From Bacillus subtilis subsp. subtilis str. 168 (lineage in GTDB: Bacteria; Bacillota; Bacilli; Bacillales; Bacillaceae), in the NCBI RefSeq assembly GCF_000009045.1, contig NC_000964.3, positions 390,001-422,000 on the forward strand: a stretch of 32,000 bases of DNA, in the 5' to 3' direction. This document shows positions 1 to 8,531 of the stretch, piece after piece (position 1 is the first letter of the stretch; each line of letters begins with the position of its first letter). The position numbers were made by a program, and so were the translations under genes. A model generated the notes under the pieces. The model was not told where the DNA came from, searched no databases, and worked only from the letters and a program-made list of their open reading frames with translations.

Positions 1-3000
1 GCCCGACAGAAAACACGACGTTTTCAACCAGTTTTCTGATCGACCGCGAGTATGGCGGCTCTATCCCAATCGGGAAGCCGATCGGAAATTCCACTGCCTA
101 TATTATGGATGAGCAGCAATGCCTGCAGCCAATCGGCGCGCCTGGTGAGCTTTGCGTAGGCGGAATCGGTGTAGCGCGTGGGTATGTCAATCTCCCTGAG
201 CTGACGGAGAAGCAATTTCTGGAAGACCCGTTCAGACCGGGTGAGAGAATTTACCGCACTGGTGACTTGGCAAGATGGCTGCCGGACGGCAATATCGAAT
301 TTTTAGGCAGAATCGACAACCAAGTGAAGGTGCGCGGCTTCCGAATTGAGCTTGGCGAAATTGAAACAAAACTGAACATGGCTGAGCATGTGACAGAAGC
401 CGCGGTGATCATACGCAAGAACAAAGCAGACGAAAATGAAATTTGCGCGTACTTCACGGCGGATCGTGAAGTGGCTGTGAGTGAGCTGAGAAAAACACTG
501 TCTCAGTCTTTGCCTGACTATATGGTCCCTGCCCACCTGATTCAAATGGACAGCCTGCCGCTCACGCCAAACGGGAAAATCAACAAAAAGGAACTGCCTG
601 CACCGCAATCAGAAGCCGTGCAGCCGGAATACGCAGCACCAAAAACAGAGAGTGAAAAGAAATTAGCGGAGATCTGGGAAGGAATACTCGGCGTCAAAGC
701 AGGCGTTACCGATAACTTCTTTATGATCGGCGGCCATTCTTTGAAAGCGATGATGATGACGGCGAAAATTCAAGAGCATTTTCATAAGGAAGTTCCGATA
801 AAAGTGCTTTTTGAAAAGCCGACTATTCAAGAACTGGCACTGTATTTGGAAGAGAACGAAAGCAAGGAGGAGCAGACGTTTGAACCGATCAGGCAAGCAT
901 CTTATCAGCAGCATTATCCTGTATCCCCGGCCCAGCGGAGAATGTATATCCTCAATCAGCTTGGACAAGCAAACACAAGCTACAACGTCCCCGCTGTACT
1001 TCTGCTGGAGGGAGAAGTAGATAAAGACCGGCTTGAAAACGCGATTCAGCAATTAATCAACCGGCACGAAATCCTCCGTACATCGTTTGACATGATCGAC
1101 GGAGAGGTTGTGCAAACCGTTCATAAAAACATATCGTTCCAGCTGGAGGCTGCCAAGGGACGGGAAGAAGACGCGGAAGAGATAATCAAAGCATTTGTTC
1201 AGCCGTTTGAATTAAACCGCGCGCCGCTCGTCCGTTCGAAGCTTGTCCAGCTGGAAGAAAAACGCCACCTGCTGCTCATTGATATGCATCATATTATTAC
1301 TGACGGAAGTTCAACAGGCATTCTAATCGGTGATCTTGCCAAAATATATCAAGGCGCAGATCTGGAACTGCCACAAATTCACTATAAAGATTACGCAGTT
1401 TGGCACAAAGAACAAACTAATTATCAAAAAGATGAGGAATACTGGCTCGATGTCTTTAAAGGCGAACTGCCAATACTGGATCTTCCCGCGGATTTCGAGC
1501 GGCCAGCTGAACGGAGCTTTGCGGGAGAGCGCGTGATGTTTGGGCTTGATAAGCAAATCACGGCTCAAATCAAATCGCTCATGGCAGAAACAGATACGAC
1601 AATGTACATGTTTTTGCTGGCGGCGTTCAATGTACTCCTTTCCAAGTACGCGTCACAGGATGATATCATTGTCGGCTCGCCGACAGCTGGCAGAACACAT
1701 CCTGATCTGCAAGGTGTGCCGGGTATGTTTGTCAACACGGTGGCACTCAGAACGGCACCAGCGGGAGATAAAACCTTCGCGCAATTCCTTGAAGAGGTCA
1801 AAACAGCCAGCCTTCAAGCATTCGAGCACCAGAGCTATCCGCTTGAGGAGCTGATTGAAAAGCTTCCGCTTACAAGGGATACAAGCAGAAGTCCGCTGTT
1901 CAGCGTGATGTTCAACATGCAGAATATGGAGATTCCTTCATTAAGATTAGGAGATTTGAAGATTTCCTCGTATTCCATGCTTCATCATGTTGCGAAATTT
2001 GATCTTTCCTTGGAAGCGGTCGAGCGTGAAGAGGATATCGGCCTAAGCTTTGACTATGCGACTGCCTTGTTTAAGGACGAGACGATCCGCCGCTGGAGCC
2101 GCCACTTTGTCAATATCATCAAAGCGGCCGCGGCTAATCCGAACGTTCGGCTGTCTGATGTAGATCTGCTTTCATCTGCAGAAACGGCTGCTTTGCTAGA
2201 AGAAAGACATATGACTCAAATTACCGAAGCAACCTTTGCAGCACTTTTTGAAAAACAGGCCCAGCAAACACCTGACCATTCTGCGGTGAAGGCTGGCGGA
2301 AATCTGTTGACCTATCGCGAGCTTGATGAACAGGCGAACCAGCTGGCGCATCATCTTCGTGCCCAAGGGGCAGGAAATGAAGACATCGTCGCGATTGTTA
2401 TGGACCGGTCAGCTGAAGTCATGGTATCCATTCTCGGTGTCATGAAGGCGGGGGCAGCTTTCCTTCCGATTGATCCTGATACACCTGAAGAACGAATCCG
2501 TTATTCATTAGAGGACAGCGGAGCAAAATTTGCGGTCGTGAATGAAAGAAACATGACGGCTATTGGGCAATATGAAGGGATAATTGTCAGCCTTGATGAC
2601 GGTAAATGGAGAAATGAAAGCAAGGAGCGCCCATCATCCATTTCCGGGTCTCGCAATCTTGCATACGTCATTTATACGTCCGGTACGACCGGAAAGCCAA
2701 AGGGCGTGCAGATTGAGCATCGTAATCTGACAAACTATGTCTCTTGGTTTAGTGAAGAGGCGGGCCTGACGGAAAATGATAAGACTGTATTGCTTTCATC
2801 TTACGCATTTGACCTTGGCTATACGAGCATGTTCCCTGTACTTCTGGGCGGGGGCGAGCTCCATATCGTCCAGAAGGAAACCTATACGGCGCCGGATGAA
2901 ATAGCGCACTATATCAAGGAGCATGGGATCACTTATATCAAGCTGACACCGTCTCTGTTCCATACAATAGTGAACACCGCCAGTTTTGCAAAAGATGCGA

Positions 3001-6000
3001 ACTTTGAATCCTTGCGCTTGATCGTCTTGGGAGGAGAAAAAATCATCCCGACTGATGTTATCGCCTTCCGTAAGATGTATGGACATACCGAATTTATCAA
3101 TCACTACGGCCCGACAGAAGCAACGATCGGCGCCATCGCCGGGCGGGTTGATCTGTATGAGCCGGATGCATTTGCGAAACGCCCGACAATCGGACGCCCG
3201 ATTGCGAATGCCGGTGCGCTTGTCTTAAATGAAGCATTGAAGCTTGTGCCGCCTGGAGCGAGCGGACAGCTCTATATCACGGGACAGGGGCTCGCGAGAG
3301 GGTATCTCAACAGGCCTCAGCTGACAGCCGAGAGATTTGTAGAAAATCCATATTCGCCGGGAAGCCTCATGTACAAAACCGGAGATGTCGTACGAAGACT
3401 TTCTGACGGTACGCTTGCATTTATCGGCCGGGCTGATGATCAGGTGAAAATCCGAGGCTACCGCATTGAGCCGAAAGAAATTGAAACGGTCATGCTCAGC
3501 CTCAGCGGAATTCAAGAAGCGGTTGTACTAGCGGTTTCCGAGGGCGGTCTTCAAGAGCTTTGCGCGTATTATACGTCGGATCAAGATATTGAAAAAGCAG
3601 AGCTCCGGTACCAGCTTTCCCTAACACTGCCGTCTCATATGATTCCTGCTTTCTTTGTGCAGGTTGACGCGATTCCGCTGACGGCAAACGGAAAAACCGA
3701 CAGAAACGCTCTGCCGAAGCCTAACGCGGCACAATCCGGAGGCAAGGCCTTGGCCGCACCGGAGACAGCGCTTGAAGAAAGTTTATGCCGCATTTGGCAG
3801 AAAACGCTTGGCATAGAAGCCATCGGCATTGATGACAATTTTTTCGATTTAGGCGGCCATTCATTAAAAGGGATGATGCTGATTGCCAACATTCAGGCGG
3901 AATTGGAGAAAAGCGTACCGCTTAAAGCACTGTTCGAGCAGCCGACAGTTCGCCAGCTGGCGGCTTATATGGAGGCGTCTGCTGTTTCAGGCGGCCATCA
4001 AGTACTCAAACCGGCTGACAAGCAGGATATGTATCCATTGTCATCCGCACAGAAACGAATGTACGTGCTCAATCAGCTTGACCGCCAGACGATAAGCTAC
4101 AACATGCCATCTGTTCTTCTAATGGAAGGAGAGCTTGATATTTCGCGCCTGCGCGACTCACTCAATCAGCTTGTGAACCGTCACGAATCATTGCGGACGT
4201 CATTTATGGAAGCTAATGGTGAGCCTGTTCAGCGCATCATTGAGAAGGCGGAGGTTGATCTTCATGTGTTTGAAGCCAAAGAAGACGAAGCGGACCAAAA
4301 GATTAAGGAATTTATCCGGCCATTCGACTTAAACGACGCACCGCTCATTCGCGCAGCTTTGCTTCGAATAGAAGCGAAAAAACATTTGCTGCTTTTAGAT
4401 ATGCATCATATCATCGCAGACGGCGTCTCAAGAGGCATCTTTGTAAAAGAATTGGCGCTGCTTTACAAAGGAGAGCAGCTTCCGGAGCCGACGCTTCATT
4501 ATAAAGATTTCGCCGTTTGGCAAAATGAAGCTGAGCAAAAAGAACGGATGAAGGAGCATGAGGCGTACTGGATGTCAGTTCTTTCAGGCGAGCTGCCAGA
4601 GCTTGATCTCCCGCTCGATTATGCCCGTCCGCCTGTGCAAAGCTTTAAAGGAGATACGATCCGTTTCCGTACGGGAAGTGAGACGGCAAAGGCGGTAGAA
4701 AAACTGCTTGCCGAAACCGGAACGACCTTGCACATGGTGCTCCATGCTGTTTTCCACGTCTTTTTAAGCAAAATTTCCGGACAGCGGGATATCGTCATCG
4801 GCTCCGTTACTGCCGGCCGGACGAATGCTGATGTTCAGGACATGCCGGGAATGTTCGTCAATACACTTGCCCTGAGAATGGAAGCGAAAGAACAGCAAAC
4901 ATTTGCGGAGCTTTTGGAGCTAGCAAAGCAGACGAACCTGTCAGCCCTTGAGCATCAGGAGTATCCGTTTGAAGATCTGGTTAATCAGCTTGATCTCCCT
5001 CGGGATATGAGCCGAAACCCATTGTTTAATGTGATGGTGACGACAGAAAACCCTGATAAAGAACAGCTTACATTGCAAAATCTGAGCATTTCACCTTATG
5101 AGGCTCATCAGGGAACTTCTAAGTTTGATCTGACACTGGGCGGATTTACTGATGAAAATGGCATTGGCTTGCAGCTCGAATATGCGACAGATCTGTTCGC
5201 AAAAGAAACAGCTGAAAAATGGAGCGAATACGTTCTGCGGCTACTAAAGGCTGTTGCGGATAACCCGAACCAGCCGCTTTCCAGTCTGTTACTGGTCACC
5301 GAGACAGAAAAGCAAGCGCTTCTTGAGGCATGGAAGGGCAAAGCGCTGCCTGTGCCGACAGACAAAACGGTTCATCAGCTATTCGAAGAGACTGTCCAGC
5401 GCCACAAAGACCGCCCGGCTGTCACATACAACGGCCAATCTTGGACGTACGGCGAGCTGAACGCGAAGGCAAACCGCCTCGCCCGGATTCTGATGGACTG
5501 CGGCATCAGCCCGGATGACCGCGTCGGCGTTCTCACGAAGCCGTCGCTTGAAATGTCCGCCGCGGTGCTCGGCGTCTTGAAAGCCGGAGCGGCGTTTGTG
5601 CCGATTGATCCTGACTACCCGGATCAGCGGATTGAGTATATTTTACAGGACAGCGGCGCGAAGCTTCTCTTGAAACAGGAAGGCATTTCAGTGCCGGACA
5701 GCTATACGGGAGATGTCATTCTTCTCGACGGAAGCCGCACGATTCTAAGCCTGCCGCTTGATGAAAACGACGAGGGAAATCCAGAAACCGCTGTAACCGC
5801 GGAGAACTTGGCGTACATGATTTACACGTCTGGAACGACCGGACAGCCGAAGGGTGTCATGGTCGAGCACCATGCGCTTGTGAACCTGTGCTTCTGGCAC
5901 CACGACGCGTTCAGCATGACAGCGGAGGACCGCAGTGCGAAGTACGCGGGCTTCGGGTTCGACGCTTCCATTTGGGAGATGTTCCCGACCTGGACGATCG

Positions 6001-8495
6001 GCGCTGAACTTCACGTCATTGATGAAGCGATCCGCCTCGATATCGTCCGCCTGAACGATTATTTTGAAACGAACGGCGTAACGATCACGTTCCTGCCGAC
6101 ACAGCTTGCGGAACAGTTCATGGAGCTTGAGAACACATCACTTCGCGTCCTCTTGACCGGAGGAGACAAGCTGAAGCGGGCAGTGAAAAAGCCGTACACA
6201 CTCGTCAACAACTACGGGCCGACAGAAAATACGGTCGTTGCCACAAGCGCAGAAATCCATCCGGAGGAAGGCTCGCTTTCCATCGGACGGGCCATTGCCA
6301 ATACGAGAGTATACATTCTCGGCGAGGGCAATCAGGTGCAGCCGGAAGGCGTAGCCGGAGAGCTTTGCGTGGCGGGGCGCGGACTGGCACGAGGCTATCT
6401 GAATCGAGAAGACGAAACCGCGAAGCGGTTTGTCGCTGATCCGTTTGTGCCGGGTGAACGCATGTACCGCACCGGCGACTTGGTGAAGTGGGTGAACGGC
6501 GGCATCGAATACATCGGCCGGATCGACCAGCAGGTCAAGGTCCGCGGCTACCGGATCGAGCTCTCAGAAATTGAAGTCCAGCTCGCCCAGCTTTCTGAGG
6601 TGCAGGATGCGGCGGTGACAGCTGTCAAAGATAAAGGCGGCAATACAGCGATCGCGGCGTATGTCACACCGGAAACAGCTGACATAGAAGCACTAAAATC
6701 AACACTAAAGGAAACCCTGCCGGATTACATGATCCCGGCGTTCTGGGTGACGCTGAACGAGCTTCCGGTTACGGCAAACGGCAAAGTCGACCGCAAAGCC
6801 TTGCCTGAGCCGGACATCGAAGCGGGAAGCGGAGAATACAAAGCGCCGACGACCGACATGGAAGAGCTGCTTGCCGGCATCTGGCAGGACGTGCTTGGAA
6901 TGTCTGAAGTCGGTGTCACCGACAATTTCTTCTCGCTTGGCGGAGATTCCATCAAAGGAATTCAAATGGCGAGCCGCTTGAATCAGCACGGCTGGAAGCT
7001 GGAAATGAAAGATCTCTTCCAGCATCCGACGATCGAAGAGCTCACCCAGTACGTAGAGCGTGCCGAAGGCAAACAGGCAGACCAAGGCCCGGTGGAGGGC
7101 GAAGTCATCCTGACGCCGATCCAGCGCTGGTTCTTTGAAAAGAACTTCACGAACAAGCACCACTGGAACCAATCGGTGATGCTTCACGCCAAAAAGGGCT
7201 TTGATCCTGAACGGGTGGAGAAAACATTGCAGGCGCTGATCGAGCATCATGACGCGCTCCGCATGGTCTACCGCGAGGAAAACGGGGACATCGTTCAGGT
7301 GTATAAACCGATCGGTGAGAGCAAGGTCAGCTTCGAAATCGTGGATCTGTACGGCTCCGATGAAGAGATGCTGAGAAGCCAGATTAAGCTTCTCGCGAAC
7401 AAGCTGCAAAGCAGTCTCGATCTGCGAAACGGGCCGCTTTTAAAGGCGGAGCAATATCGCACAGAAGCTGGGGATCACCTGCTCATTGCTGTACACCATC
7501 TCGTGGTCGACGGTGTGTCATGGCGGATTTTGCTTGAAGACTTTGCTTCAGGCTACATGCAGGCTGAGAAAGAAGAGAGCCTTGTCTTCCCGCAAAAAAC
7601 AAACTCCTTCAAGGATTGGGCGGAAGAACTGGCGGCATTCAGCCAATCAGCGCATCTTTTACAGCAGGCTGAATACTGGTCGCAAATTGCCGCTGAACAG
7701 GTTTCTCCTTTACCTAAGGATTGTGAAACAGAGCAGCGGATCGTCAAGGATACATCATCTGTCCTATGTGAATTAACGGCAGAAGACACTAAGCATCTTT
7801 TAACAGATGTTCATCAGCCATATGGAACTGAAATCAACGATATTCTTCTCAGCGCGCTCGGTTTGACAATGAAAGAATGGACAAAGGGGGCCAAAATTGG
7901 CATTAACCTTGAGGGACACGGCCGGGAGGACATTATCCCGAATGTGAATATCTCCAGAACGGTCGGCTGGTTTACGGCACAATACCCTGTTGTGCTCGAC
8001 ATATCTGACGCAGATGCCTCAGCTGTGATCAAAACAGTCAAAGAAAACCTGCGCCGCATTCCGGACAAAGGTGTTGGCTACGGCATTCTTCGTTATTTCA
8101 CAGAAACAGCGGAAACAAAGGGCTTCACACCGGAGATCAGCTTCAACTATTTGGGCCAATTCGACAGTGAAGTCAAAACCGATTTCTTTGAACCGTCCGC
8201 TTTCGATATGGGGCGCCAAGTAAGCGGAGAATCAGAGGCGCTGTACGCATTAAGCTTCAGCGGCATGATCAGAAACGGCCGGTTTGTGCTTTCCTGCTCC
8301 TACAATGAGAAGGAGTTTGAAAGAGCTACAGTCGAGGAGCAAATGGAACGGTTTAAAGAAAACCTCCTGATGCTAATCCGCCATTGCACGGAAAAAGAAG
8401 ACAAGGAATTCACACCAAGCGACTTCAGCGCCGAAGACCTTGAAATGGACGAGATGGGAGATATCTTTGACATGCTTGAGGAGAATTTAAAATAA
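1..8495 (+). CDS. srfAB: Surfactin non-ribosomal peptide synthetase subunit 2, 5'-truncated by the window edge (end of A-T | C-A-T | C-A-T-E)
   Basis: The frame is open from nt 3 (PTENTTFSTSFLIDREYGGSIPIGKPIGN..., upstream of the track's first Met at 105) to TAA 8493-8495. NRPS core motifs occur in order: GGHSL 729-743, HHIITDG 1287-1307, AYVIYTSGTTGKPKG 2661-2705, GGHSL 3852-3866, HHIIADG 4404-4424, AYMIYTSGTTGQPKG 5811-5855, GGDSI 6939-6953, HHLVVDG 7494-7514. It is followed by a 1275-aa C-A-T-TE protein and a type II thioesterase, as in the B. subtilis srfA operon. Confidence 0.97.
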   Translation, partial: PTENTTFSTSFLIDREYGGSIPIGKPIGNSTAYIMDEQQCLQPIGAPGELCVGGIGVARGYVNLPELTEKQFLEDPFRPGERIYRTGDLARWLPDGNIEFLGRIDNQVKVRGFRIELGEIETKLNMAEHVTEAAVIIRKNKADENEICAYFTADREVAVSELRKTLSQSLPDYMVPAHLIQMDSLPLTPNGKINKKELPAPQSEAVQPEYAAPKTESEKKLAEIWEGILGVKAGVTDNFFMIGGHSLKAMMMTAKIQEHFHKEVPIKVLFEKPTIQELALYLEENESKEEQTFEPIRQASYQQHYPVSPAQRRMYILNQLGQANTSYNVPAVLLLEGEVDKDRLENAIQQLINRHEILRTSFDMIDGEVVQTVHKNISFQLEAAKGREEDAEEIIKAFVQPFELNRAPLVRSKLVQLEEKRHLLLIDMHHIITDGSSTGILIGDLAKIYQGADLELPQIHYKDYAVWHKEQTNYQKDEEYWLDVFKGELPILDLPADFERPAERSFAGERVMFGLDKQITAQIKSLMAETDTTMYMFLLAAFNVLLSKYASQDDIIVGSPTAGRTHPDLQGVPGMFVNTVALRTAPAGDKTFAQFLEEVKTASLQAFEHQSYPLEELIEKLPLTRDTSRSPLFSVMFNMQNMEIPSLRLGDLKISSYSMLHHVAKFDLSLEAVEREEDIGLSFDYATALFKDETIRRWSRHFVNIIKAAAANPNVRLSDVDLLSSAETAALLEERHMTQITEATFAALFEKQAQQTPDHSAVKAGGNLLTYRELDEQANQLAHHLRAQGAGNEDIVAIVMDRSAEVMVSILGVMKAGAAFLPIDPDTPEERIRYSLEDSGAKFAVVNERNMTAIGQYEGIIVSLDDGKWRNESKERPSSISGSRNLAYVIYTSGTTGKPKGVQIEHRNLTNYVSWFSEEAGLTENDKTVLLSSYAFDLGYTSMFPVLLGGGELHIVQKETYTAPDEIAHYIKEHGITYIKLTPSLFHTIVNTASFAKDANFESLRLIVLGGEKIIPTDVIAFRKMYGHTEFINHYGPTEATIGAIAGRVDLYEPDAFAKRPTIGRPIANAGALVLNEALKLVPPGASGQLYITGQGLARGYLNRPQLTAERFVENPYSPGSLMYKTGDVVRRLSDGTLAFIGRADDQVKIRGYRIEPKEIETVMLSLSGIQEAVVLAVSEGGLQELCAYYTSDQDIEKAELRYQLSLTLPSHMIPAFFVQVDAIPLTANGKTDRNALPKPNAAQSGGKALAAPETALEESLCRIWQKTLGIEAIGIDDNFFDLGGHSLKGMMLIANIQAELEKSVPLKALFEQPTVRQLAAYMEASAVSGGHQVLKPADKQDMYPLSSAQKRMYVLNQLDRQTISYNMPSVLLMEGELDISRLRDSLNQLVNRHESLRTSFMEANGEPVQRIIEKAEVDLHVFEAKEDEADQKIKEFIRPFDLNDAPLIRAALLRIEAKKHLLLLDMHHIIADGVSRGIFVKELALLYKGEQLPEPTLHYKDFAVWQNEAEQKERMKEHEAYWMSVLSGELPELDLPLDYARPPVQSFKGDTIRFRTGSETAKAVEKLLAETGTTLHMVLHAVFHVFLSKISGQRDIVIGSVTAGRTNADVQDMPGMFVNTLALRMEAKEQQTFAELLELAKQTNLSALEHQEYPFEDLVNQLDLPRDMSRNPLFNVMVTTENPDKEQLTLQNLSISPYEAHQGTSKFDLTLGGFTDENGIGLQLEYATDLFAKETAEKWSEYVLRLLKAVADNPNQPLSSLLLVTETEKQALLEAWKGKALPVPTDKTVHQLFEETVQRHKDRPAVTYNGQSWTYGELNAKANRLARILMDCGISPDDRVGVLTKPSLEMSAAVLGVLKAGAAFVPIDPDYPDQRIEYILQDSGAKLLLKQEGISVPDSYTGDVILLDGSRTILSLPLDENDEGNPETAVTAENLAYMIYTSGTTGQPKGVMVEHHALVNLCFWHHDAFSMTAEDRSAKYAGFGFDASIWEMFPTWTIGAELHVIDEAIRLDIVRLNDYFETNGVTITFLPTQLAEQFMELENTSLRVLLTGGDKLKRAVKKPYTLVNNYGPTENTVVATSAEIHPEEGSLSIGRAIANTRVYILGEGNQVQPEGVAGELCVAGRGLARGYLNREDETAKRFVADPFVPGERMYRTGDLVKWVNGGIEYIGRIDQQVKVRGYRIELSEIEVQLAQLSEVQDAAVTAVKDKGGNTAIAAYVTPETADIEALKSTLKETLPDYMIPAFWVTLNELPVTANGKVDRKALPEPDIEAGSGEYKAPTTDMEELLAGIWQDVLGMSEVGVTDNFFSLGGDSIKGIQMASRLNQHGWKLEMKDLFQHPTIEELTQYVERAEGKQADQGPVEGEVILTPIQRWFFEKNFTNKHHWNQSVMLHAKKGFDPERVEKTLQALIEHHDALRMVYREENGDIVQVYKPIGESKVSFEIVDLYGSDEEMLRSQIKLLANKLQSSLDLRNGPLLKAEQYRTEAGDHLLIAVHHLVVDGVSWRILLEDFASGYMQAEKEESLVFPQKTNSFKDWAEELAAFSQSAHLLQQAEYWSQIAAEQVSPLPKDCETEQRIVKDTSSVLCELTAEDTKHLLTDVHQPYGTEINDILLSALGLTMKEWTKGAKIGINLEGHGREDIIPNVNISRTVGWFTAQYPVVLDISDADASAVIKTVKENLRRIPDKGVGYGILRYFTETAETKGFTPEISFNYLGQFDSEVKTDFFEPSAFDMGRQVSGESEALYALSFSGMIRNGRFVLSCSYNEKEFERATVEEQMERFKENLLMLIRHCTEKEDKEFTPSDFSAEDLEMDEMGDIFDMLEENLK
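729..743 (+). other. Carrier (T/PCP) domain phosphopantetheine-attachment motif GGHSL (Ser codon 738-740), first module in window
   Basis: ggc ggc cat tct ttg, in the srfAB frame, within DNFFMIGGHSLKA. Confidence 0.9.
864..870 (+). promoter_or_regulatory. Shine-Dalgarno sequence of comS (AAGGAGG), embedded in srfAB coding sequence
   Basis: AAGGAGG lies 9 nt upstream of TTG 880. It is built from the srfAB codons AAG GAG GAG. Confidence 0.85.
880..1020 (+). CDS. comS: Competence regulator ComS (46 aa), overprinted in the +1 frame of srfAB
   Basis: TTG start at 880 after a consensus SD, 46 codons, TAG 1018-1020. Translation is MNRSGKHLISSIILYPRPSGECISSISLDKQTQATTSPLYFCWREK, which I recognise as ComS. 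The track shows it as the tail of ORF 811..1020, which merely extends to an upstream TTG with no SD. Confidence 0.93.
   Translation: MNRSGKHLISSIILYPRPSGECISSISLDKQTQATTSPLYFCWREK
1287..1307 (+). other. Condensation domain active-site motif HHxxxDG (HHIITDG)
   Basis: cat cat att att act gac gga, in the srfAB frame. Confidence 0.9.
2661..2705 (+). other. Adenylation domain core motif A3 (AYVIYTSGTTGKPKG)
   Basis: Translated in the srfAB frame. This is the canonical AMP-binding signature. Confidence 0.9.
3852..3866 (+). other. Carrier domain motif GGHSL (Ser codon 3861-3863)
   Basis: ggc ggc cat tca tta, within DNFFDLGGHSLKG. Confidence 0.9.
4404..4424 (+). other. Condensation domain motif HHxxxDG (HHIIADG)
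   Basis: cat cat atc atc gca gac ggc, in the srfAB frame. Confidence 0.9.
5811..5855 (+). other. Adenylation domain core motif A3 (AYMIYTSGTTGQPKG)
   Basis: Translated in the srfAB frame. Confidence 0.9.
6939..6953 (+). other. Carrier domain motif GGDSI (Ser codon 6948-6950), the variant typical of carriers that feed an epimerase
   Basis: ggc gga gat tcc atc, within DNFFSLGGDSIKG. It is followed by an epimerisation-type HHxxxDG domain. Confidence 0.88.
7494..7514 (+). other. Epimerisation domain motif HHxxxDG (HHLVVDG)
   Basis: cac cat ctc gtg gtc gac ggt. This is the terminal domain of srfAB, after the GGDSI carrier. Confidence 0.85.
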
Positions 8496-8531
8496 AACGC
8501 AAGGGAATTACAGAAGGCGGGAGCGAAACAT

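Noticed and set aside
663-1052. A 129-aa antisense ORF opposite the comS/srfAB region.
   Set aside because: It lies antisense within a long, strongly supported NRPS gene. It has no SD and a low-complexity, Arg/Leu-rich translation typical of spurious antisense frames.
3883-4095. A 70-aa +1-frame ORF at the next carrier/condensation junction of srfAB. This is the position equivalent to comS, and its tail is similar (..NECTCSISLTARR).
   Set aside because: No Shine-Dalgarno plus start-codon combination is present. The only GGAGG (3971-3975) is followed by CTG CTG in that frame. The similarity is a by-product of module paralogy. It is useful as an evolutionary comparison for comS, but not as a gene.
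6705-7409. A 234-aa antisense ORF inside srfAB. Others of the same kind include 10134..10616 and 9375..9668 (in srfAC) and 5745..6014, 2796..3104 and 3225..3515 (in srfAB).
   Set aside because: Long antisense ORFs are expected by chance in multi-kb genes with biased codon usage. They have no ribosome-binding sites, no recognisable domains, and Arg/Leu/His-rich composition.
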